Positions 56,301-64,000 of a DNA stretch of 64,000 bases are shown in pieces (the first letter of the stretch is position 1; every line of letters starts with the position of its first letter). Source of the DNA: Phoronis australis (taxonomy: Eukaryota > Animalia > Phoronida). Location: the NCBI GenBank assembly GCA_002633005.1, contig NMRA01000085.1:124001-188000 (forward strand), given 5' to 3'. The notes under the pieces are model-generated. The model was not told where the DNA came from. It saw only the letters and a program-made list of their open reading frames with translations, and did not search any database. A program made the translations under genes and the position numbers.

Positions 56301-59300
56301 GACTTGCTAACGACAAACTCACAGTTCAAATGCCAGGTCAGCACCCCTTAACTCGACACACTCGCTTAAAATGCTCTATACCTGGTGACCACACTCCATA
56401 CCTGGGACCTGATTCCTCATTGGTCATGGCAAGATGTTTGGTCACTGGATATGGCGCATTTTTAGGCTGTGTTGGCGTGGGGGTTAGAGGCATGGTATAG
56501 AATGTGCACCGCGGGTTTGGTCTTTGCTGCTGTGGGACTGACGTTTAGGAGATTGTAGCTGGAATTTTTGAAGCATGGTCATGGAATAATTTCACTTCCT
56601 GTCAAGCCTTCCTATCAATATGGTAACTACGCTAACCTGGGCTACTGCTGTTGAAGCATTAAACTTTTTTCTGTGGTGAAAGTACTAATTTCACTTATGC
56701 CAGGAAACTGCGCAGTTTATTTCATGTATGATTTATTTTTATGATTTCTGAGCTTATGGTCCTTTTTGTGGACATTTTATGAAAAATACATGTGACACCC
56801 CTAGGATAGCTTCATTCTTAACATTTCTTACAGTTCTCGGTCTATCTGTCACCAACAGGCTTCAGTTATGCCCAAAATTGTCCTTGTCAGAATTCAGTTC
56901 CATAACTGTGTTGGAAGTTACGTAACTCCGTTATCTTTGTTGCTTGTTTTGTAGATACTGAGGGCTTCAAAATCGACACCATGGGCACGTATCACGGCCT
57001 CACTCTTAAGTCGGTGACAGAGGGCGCTCAGGCTCGCAAAGTGGTACCACAGAAAGCCAACCAACAGCAACCTCAGCAACAGCATCAGCACCAACAACAG
57101 CAGCAGCAGCAGTCGCGGCCTATCTCACAGGCGCGGCCCTCGTCCAATCAAAAGAGGACTTCGCGTAAACCTATCATCATCATTCCGGGGGGCAGTACGT
57201 CTCTCATCTCCATGTTGAATGTAAAGGAAATATTGGTGGACCTTAAGTACGCACAAACGTTTACACTCGTCTCGTTAAAAGTGTAGTTACCATAGTTTTG
57301 CACGCATGTGCTCGGGTCTGTTACACAAAAAGCGACTTTAAGATGTGATGCAGAGTTTTGCTATCATGCTCTCACTTCACTATTGCGAGATAAAGATGTA
57401 GGCATGTAGTCCTGAGTGCATCGCAGTCTAAGTATGATTTATAAAAATTATCATAGTAATTAGTCAATGCGAGTATATTCTCAGAGGTTTTGCACTTTTG
57501 CTCAAGACAAGCGCGATTGAACTATTTTTCGTGAAAGGTTGTCTGGAGCACAAAACCAAATTTGAATCTTAAATCATAATTTACTTATCGTGAAACAGAT
57601 TCTTGGTTTTTGTGTATGAACACACACCCGACAGTTTTGTAAGACAACATGCTGCTGGTTAGACGTTCCACATTTTTTGCTCTATCTGGCTGCATGCGAT
57701 CACCCTTTCGCAGAATTGTTTGGCTAGATTTGTTCGTGTGCAATTACAATTCCTTGTCTCCCTGCTTTCTGTGTGTTCAATTTTACCACAAGATACATTT
57801 TTAAGCCGATTTACATGAAGATTGCTCTCGTGTGATAATACCTTCCTATTTTTCGGCATCTTAGTATTTACCGGGTGAAAACTGTTGATCTGCTTGGGAT
57901 AAGTTGTGAAAGTCAGTTTATTGCTGAACTTAATATGGAGCGTCTGACATATCTCTTTGGCGTTGCGAGACTGTGAGAATGTTTTATGATTGACCCGATT
58001 TCTAATTCTGGTGTTCAAGTTGAGCTGAGTTGATAGGGGTGAAGGCAGTTTCTTTCATTTCCGTACATTTTGACACATTGGATATTTGTGTGTGAATCGT
58101 TTGATTATTCCTTTCCAATTTTGACAGCATGATAGTCACAAAGAATTTACTAAAAAAAAGCACTGGTAAATCTCACAGTACTAAACTTCTATGCTAGAGT
58201 GCAGAATGCTAGCCACAAACTACTCTATCGCCATCTAGTGACAAGGCACATTTCATTATGTCAACACTATATCAGAGAGTGGCTATTCTAGATTTGTCAG
58301 TACAGAAGAGAAGAGAGCCCAAGGTGCTAAAAGGGACAACGAAGTTCTTCTGCACAGACTAAAGCCTGGGGAGGCGACAGTGCCATACAGGGTCATTGAC
58401 AATGCATCAAAGCTCTCACCAGATGACTGGTGAGTGTTGACTGGTGGATGTACGCTGAGGGTGTTAACACAAGTTGGTTGTATAACCAGGCCCCAGGCCA
58501 TGCAGGCTTACTGAAGCCAATTAAAAATTTTACCTGTTTACTGGTGGTGTCTTAGGAAGGTGTGTATGTAGAATTTGAAAATGGGTGGGTTTTTAATGGT
58601 GACATTTTGGCGGAACTGTTGTAGTTTTTAGTCGTAAGCTGGCAAGTTTGATTTTCATTCAACCATGCTTGTTACGCCTGGTGTGTTTTTCTAGCAGATT
58701 AAAGTCTGTTAGATATCCCCTGTATTGGCTTCAGGACAGTTGCTGAAGGTTGTTGGTCATGTAAAATATTCATTGNATAACCAGGCCCCAGGCCATGCAG
58801 GCTTACTGAAGCCAATTAAAAATTTTACCTGTTTACTGGTGGTGTCTTAGGAAGGTGTGTATGTAGAATTTGAAAATGGGTGGGTTTTTAATGGTGACAT
58901 TTTGGCGGAACTGTTGTAGTTTTTAGTCGTAAGCTGGCAAGTTTGATTTTCATTCAACCATGCTTGTTACGCCTGGTGTGTTTTTCTAGCAGATTGAAGT
59001 CTGTTAGATATCCCCTGTATTGACTTCAGGACAGTTGCTGAAGGTTGTGATGTGATTATCAAAGCACCGTACAAGCCACAAGCATTCAGACAAATTAACC
59101 TGTAATTCCCCGTCATTCTGATTGGACAGATGGTGAATTCATCATCAGAGTAATCTCCCCTGATAACTGAGAATAAAGGGGAATTAATTGTGAAGTTAGT
59201 AACGTGGCTAAGGAAAAGCGTAATGACGAGAGAACGGTATTTTGTCAGATTTCTTTTATCTTGTATTTTACTTAATATTGAGTGATGTGTGGTTGAGCAG

Positions 59301-61158
59301 TCAATCCGTTTGTGAATTCCAGGGAACGTGTGGTGGCCGTTTTCGTTCAGGGACCCGCGTGGCAGTTTAAGGGCTGGCCTTGGGGAGGAAACCCCACAGA
59401 AATATTTGCCAGAAGTAAGTCTGTCCTCACAGTTGTTTGAAATGAAAGCTGTGAAATTGAGAACCTTTCCATCGAAATTGATCAATCTGTGTACACTGGT
59501 TTCGACTGACGTGTAGTGTTTTATTTGGCAGTGCCCAAAATCAATATTTATTTTATTGTGTTATATTCTTTCATGTCCTTTAAAGTTTCTTGTGATTTGC
59601 CGTGCCCACATCCAATTCCAATTGTCTTAAAGTTGCCAGAGCACTAGTACATTTAATTAATCCCTACGAGTTTGAACATTTAATAAGTCGTCTCACTTTT
59701 TTGTATGACATTTTGGCTTCTCATAAATGAAAGTTTATTCCTCGTTTTGTGTTGCAGTAAAAGCCTTTCACATCAAGTGGACAGAGATCCCACTGGATAA
59801 CAACGTGAAGAAGTGGTCTGTAACGGTCATCAACCTGTGTCAGGATAGACGCCACTTGGACAGGGCAGCTCTGCAGGTGTTCTGGGAGGAGCTGGACAGG
59901 TGAGTGGACAGTCCTGTAATGGTCAGTGATGGCCATTGTTTAGCCACCATGACGTGGTCAATGTGTAGTGACCAGTAATCGGTGATTGCTTAGCGCCCTA
60001 CATGCAATTAGTTTTAAGTCAGCGTGTTGTTGTCATTGTTTGGTGGTCACTAAGTAATGGTCAGTCACGGTCAGTGTTTGAAAGTACATATGTGGACAAT
60101 TTTGAGTCATCATGTAGTGGTCACTATAAAGTGGTCAGTTACAATCATTGTTTGGTATTGATTGTGTAGACTATTGTGAGACATAGTGTAGTGGTCTCTA
60201 GATAGTGGTTAATTCCATTCTCTGGCAGTTTTTAGTAGTGGTCAGTGAAATTCATGGACCAGTGGTCAGTAATAGACTCTTCTTTTGTCTTTCAAGGCAA
60301 CTAGGTGGCAGCCATTTGCAATTTTTATGTAGTGGTAATTGCAGGCATCTCTTAAGACAGTGCTCCTTGGTGTCATTAGGATGCCGAAACGTGGCTGTTT
60401 GTAGCCCCACCTATTGGCCAACACCAATAATGAGATTGCTGAGGCTTTTGTGGGAAAAAGTGCTTCTTGTCTAGATTTATGTTCATTACTATTTTCAGTT
60501 CTGTTGATTCATAAGTTCGAGTATAATTATGCAAGCCATTCATGTAAGAAATATTGAATGAAATTGGTTACCTTTGTTGCAAAGGGTGTTTTTTTTAAAT
60601 TGTACATTTTAAAATCCATGATGATTGTAGAATGTGCACAAAATAATGCCCAGACGTTTTTAATGATGTGACTAGAGTTTTACAAGAAAAATCTTTTAGA
60701 GAGTGCTGCAATTTCTACATAATGTTTTTGCATGAAACTTATGGTTTTATTAGCAGCAAAGTTTGTCTTGTCTTCTTTTAAGGCATTTTCGCCTGAGATG
60801 TTATAAGAAAATACCAGATAAAGAAACAGAATATGCACTTTTATGCCAAAAATTTTAATGAATATTATACGATAGTCTGAAAAAACCTGATTTTTGAAAA
60901 AAAGTCTGTCATGCGGTTATTGACTGTAGGGCTTTGCTTTTTGACATGTAACAAGATTATATGATCATCAAGGATCTTAAAAATGTGTAGTTTTATGGGT
61001 CTACTGTTTTTTGTTAAATACTTACATTTTAAGAAATTCTATCCTTGATTATGAAGGTGGCAGATTACCTTAAACAGCTAAGGTGTTACCAACTTTTGAT
61101 GAATTGTTTGTGTATTTTTAGGTACATGATCAAGAACAAGCCTCACTTAAGGTTTTAA
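50241..61158 (+). CDS. CDC73: Parafibromin / CDC73 (Hyrax), PAF1 complex subunit, 12 exons, 535 aa
   Basis: [10 protein letters not shown]...IFGEFAWPK; [11 protein letters not shown]; [10 protein letters not shown]; [17 protein letters not shown]; YNRY; [11 protein letters not shown]; [18 protein letters not shown]; RHLDR; HLRF-stop. Exons total 1608 nt, in frame. Confidence 0.98.
51212..51317 (+). CDS. CDC73: CDC73 exon 2
   Basis: ttacag|C and GCG|gtgagt; [15 protein letters not shown]. Confidence 0.94.
51934..52066 (+). CDS. CDC73: CDC73 exon 3
   Basis: attcag|GC and AAG|gtgaat; [18 protein letters not shown]...IDKSAPLE. Confidence 0.94.
52370..52648. repeat. 112-bp tandem repeat, 2.5 copies (CDC73 intron 3)
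   Basis: tggtgtgtcagaacgctatc starts at 52370, 52482 and 52594. Confidence 0.93.
53003..53147 (+). CDS. CDC73: CDC73 exon 4 (bipartite NLS)
   Basis: tttcag|TC and AA|gtaggt; KRTADD...KKKPR...[10 protein letters not shown]. Confidence 0.92.
53227..53573. mobile_element. Tc1/mariner-type MITE with TA target duplication
   Basis: ta|CAGGGTGTCCCAAAA ... TTTTGGGACACCCTG|ta, perfect 15-bp TIR. Confidence 0.85.
54366..54589 (+). repeat. 73-bp tandem triplication spanning the CDC73 exon 5 splice acceptor
   Basis: atctatcacttgcttt...ttgtag|aac..cctccctgtctg..gctat.tctgtggaaaa x3; exon starts at 54399, 54472 and 54545. Confidence 0.95.
54545..54767 (+). CDS. CDC73: CDC73 exon 5
   Basis: ttgtag|A (third of three repeated acceptors) and AAG|gtgaga; [17 protein letters not shown]...[13 protein letters not shown]. 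Confidence 0.93.
55037..55135 (+). CDS. CDC73: CDC73 exon 6
   Basis: ttccag|CA and ACG|gtgagt; [19 protein letters not shown]. Confidence 0.93.
55317..55859. mobile_element. Non-autonomous DNA transposon with 5-bp TSD AAACG (hAT5-like), containing a 16-bp internal tandem repeat
   Basis: aaacg|CGGTGTTTCCCCTG ... CAGGGGAAACCCTG|aaacg (12/14 TIR match); (CTAGCGATCATTTTTA) about x5 at 55657-55728. Confidence 0.6.
56047..56116 (+). CDS. CDC73: CDC73 exon 7
   Basis: ttccag|GT and AAG|gtaagt; [10 protein letters not shown]. Confidence 0.9.
56955..57246 (+). CDS. CDC73: CDC73 exon 8 (includes polyQ)
   Basis: ttgtag|AT and AA|gtacgc; [20 protein letters not shown]...SRKPIIIIP. Confidence 0.93.
58292..58429 (+). 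CDS. CDC73: CDC73 exon 9
   Basis: ttctag|A and TG|gtgagt; [11 protein letters not shown]...VPYRVIDN. Confidence 0.93.
58482..59048. repeat. 272-bp direct duplication (58482-58753 vs 58777-59048) around a single N at 58776
   Basis: Copies nearly identical; typical unmerged contig overlap. Confidence 0.9.
59063..59173 (-). repeat. Dispersed repeat, inverted relative to the copy at 61995-62106
   Basis: Reverse complement shares ttctca.t.atcaggggaga.tactctga and atgctt.tggcttgtac.gt.ct. Confidence 0.65.
59323..59414 (+). CDS. CDC73: CDC73 exon 10
   Basis: ttccag|G and GAA|gtaagt; [20 protein letters not shown]. Confidence 0.95.
59758..59899 (+). CDS. CDC73: CDC73 exon 11
   Basis: ttgcag|TA and CAG|gtgagt; KAFHIKW...[16 protein letters not shown]. 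Confidence 0.94.
59905..60275. repeat. Degenerate minisatellite rich in (TA)GTGGTCA(GT) directly after the CDC73 exon 11 donor
   Basis: Recurring gtggtca / atggtcagt / tagtggt motifs at irregular spacing. Confidence 0.5.
61122..61158 (+). CDS. CDC73: CDC73 exon 12 (terminal)
   Basis: ttttag|G; [11 protein letters not shown] then TAA; candidate AATAAA at 61552-61557. Confidence 0.93.
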
Positions 61159-61994
61159 GATCTGACAGCCATGTTCAACAACAATTGTTCATCTAATATC
61201 AATAGACTGACCAATCTGGTGTCAGATAACATGTCACTGCTGCACTGTAGTCATGGGTACAAAGGAGCTGTGATTGGCAGGCGTATATACCTTGAAATAG
61301 CAGCAGGCCTGCATTCATTCAACGAGTAGCTGTTCCAGCATCATTATGAGTCTTGCTCTCAGACAGGGTGTATACATCAACATTTCAAGTTCAACCAACT
61401 ATGTTTGATCAAGGATATTACTGGGTTATTTTGGAGTTTGTACCAAAAGTGCCTGATCTGCTTTGCAGGTATTGTGTTGGTGATTGCAGTGTCGAAGTTG
61501 GGAGTTCACTCATTAGGATTATTACGTACCATAAGCATGTAATGTATGCGTAATAAATAGCTTTGGTAACAGTCCAGGCATGTGTTGAAAACCTGTTGTG
61601 AAGTGTTGTGTACAATCTTGTGTTGGTTGTGTTCGAGTTGGTGGTATAAAATTTTGTGTTCGGGTTTAATCCACTGAGTTTTGTCGCTGACTGACTGTTA
61701 ATGAACATATGTTTGAAGGTCAGGAATTGATACATGGATGTTGACTAAAGACTTTTAATGTTGTCTACAATCAGACTGTTGGATTAAACCCTGATTTTAT
61801 TCCATTTACTGGAATGCCTTAAAGTGAAGATTGAACACAGTACTTTGTGTTAGATTTTCAACCGTGCATATACAGTATGAGGCAAAAGTGGCAAACTAAC
61901 CTTCTCCTGTCATGACTGCTAAGCATGCGAATAACAAAACTTACTGGTAATAACCATCAGGGGGCAGCACAATTGTTCTGTCAATTCTCCTTCT

Positions 61995-62106
61995 TTCTCA
62001 TTCATCAGGGGAGACTACTCTGACATTGAACTTGGTCTCCACCTAGTGGTCATGATGGGTGAATTCCGGTCGTTTTGTCCACGATGCTTTTGGCTTGTAC
62101 TGTACT
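61995..62106 (+). repeat. Dispersed repeat, partner of 59063-59173
   Basis: See 59063-59173. Confidence 0.65.
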
Positions 62107-64000
62107 AAATAGCTGTCCGCGTGGAATTTTGAATGCATCACGCAACAGTCAACTACAAAACACTATTTGTACAAATCCTAAATTACACTATGTGTTGCCA
62201 TGTTGTTCAGTGCAATGCAATTTTTTATTTTCTCGCGCGTTATAAGACATTTGAAAATGTCATTTTGTAACGGCGAATGTACACTCGTTTTTTGAGTTCA
62301 CAACACTTATGGGGAAGTATCAGTTTTGGGGCTGGTTTCGGCCGATCTCTCCGCGTCCGTTTGTTTTACTTTGGTGATTAAGTTTTCCCTCTGTATTGAC
62401 AACAAACTTTGGAGATTGCTGGAAATTTCGCATACATAACGTTTGTAAATAAACTTGTAAAAGCATTCATTGGTTTAACAGTTATCTAAGTTCCATTGAC
62501 TATGACGGTATTTGGAATAGTGTTCTAATCAGAATAAGTTTGATTCAAGTTGTTTAGCCCACCTCGGTGAATAGTTTGACAAACAGGAATTGTACAGTTT
62601 AGGTTTCTAGTATGGAGAAGACGATGCCTTCTCATTTTCAGATGGATTTGACGTATTCTGTGCCACTCTGTGGCCATTTTAAAAAATTTTTAGTACGTTT
62701 CTTACACACCTTCATTTCCACTTAACTGCTTGAAGAATTATTATTAAAATTTGTATGTGCATTTTTATGGTGAGAAAATCGAGGATGATGTTCGATTTTC
62801 GCACATGTTCAACTATTCTGCCCCCCCCCTCAGTGGATATTTTATTTTTTTGCATCCACGGCTGTATCTGCTTTACCATTTGCGAGATCTTTCTAAAATT
62901 TAGCAGATGTGCTCCTTTGGAAACGCCAATAGATGACGACCAGTTTTAGACCGATCCAAGTACAGCTTTCTTCGCTAGTGGCAATTGTATTTTTTACGTT
63001 TGCCTCTGTATTTTCCATACTTTTCATGAAATTGGATGAATTTCTATCATGAAGAAAACAGCATCTTTCCTGATGTATTCAACATATTCTGCACCTATTA
63101 GTGTCGGACCATTTTTAGTCTTTTTGTCGCTTGGTTCTGTATCTGCCACTGTGTTTCTACTGATGAGCACGACCGACGTGGATTTTCAGATGGGTCCAAC
63201 TACTGTGGTGCCCCCTACTGACATTTTTTTTCTCAGGTGTATCTCCTAAACTCCTCGTGCTTCTGAAATTTTGCAATTGTATTCCTATTAACTCGACAGC
63301 AGATAGACAGATTGGCAAATACTGAGAGGCAATGACACCTTATTTTTGAATGGATTGTCGTGGGCATTGATTTTGTATTGTTCTCTGTCCACCTTGTGCG
63401 TAATCATCCGACGGATCTTTTTGGAATATACAACTTATGTTTGTCTCGATTATATAGATATATCTATATGTTGACCCACTTGCTAATTATCAAACAAATC
63501 CCACTCCTGTTGAGCCACTTATTGACAGTTTTTACAGCCTCCTAGTTATTGGCTGAAATTGCAGAAATTGATGCTCAAGAAATTCAACAGGTGCGCAGTG
63601 AGGAGGCATCTAACAACTTTACTCAAGTGATAACATTTTGCTTGGACGGTTTGAAATAACAAGAACACCAGTTGGTGGATCTAAGTTGGGCACGATTTGT
63701 TTTTGTGCTCTCAGAAGTTACACATAACGCTTCACAAATAACCCGCTGTTTTTCTTATTTTATTTTCTCTTCTTTCTCCCGTTACAATACAAATGTCAAT
63801 TTATACATTAAACAATATTGAATTGTACGAAATGCACTAGAACGCAAAGTAAGCCACGTAATGACACGAGACATTGCGACATAGTAACATCAAACAAACA
63901 CCCATTATAGGATTACAGAGCACCGGTGCCTAACTGAAATAACCCATCATTGCAACAACAGTCCAGGTTTACGTTCCCTGCAGCAAAGAGAGCAACGTGA

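Noticed and set aside
58967-59485. 172-aa minus-strand ORF
   Set aside because: Antisense to CDC73 exon 10 and overlapping a repeat; no domain signal.

Overview
Eukaryotic (bilaterian invertebrate, lophotrochozoan-like) genomic DNA containing three intron-containing genes. (1) Notch on +: 28 coding exons from 11803 to 42168, spliced by hand with all phases consistent (about 2,410 codons). They encode the second half of EGF1 through about 34.5 EGF repeats, 3 LNR, HD-N/HD-C, TM, RAM (WFP), ankyrin repeats, PPSY and PEST. The signal-peptide exon and first half of EGF1 were not found, so 1-11802 is probably the distal part of a large 5' intron. (2) A 613-aa AT-hook/double-C2H2 zinc-finger gene on - (45950-47791), tail-to-tail with Notch, with an unassigned ~58-aa N-terminal domain. 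(3) CDC73/parafibromin on + (12 exons, 50241-61158, 535 aa), head-to-head with the zinc-finger gene. Introns carry minisatellites and several non-autonomous DNA transposons. Three N-associated duplications look like haplotype/assembly artefacts; one copies part of a Notch exon. The most interesting observations are a matched pair of extra cysteines at the predicted Notch EGF31/EGF32 interface, a remodelled EGF34-36/LNR junction, tandemly duplicated splice acceptors in CDC73 (out of frame, poison-like) and Notch (in frame), and the orphan N-terminal domain of the zinc-finger protein. No prokaryotic-type system, RNA gene or CRISPR array is supported.
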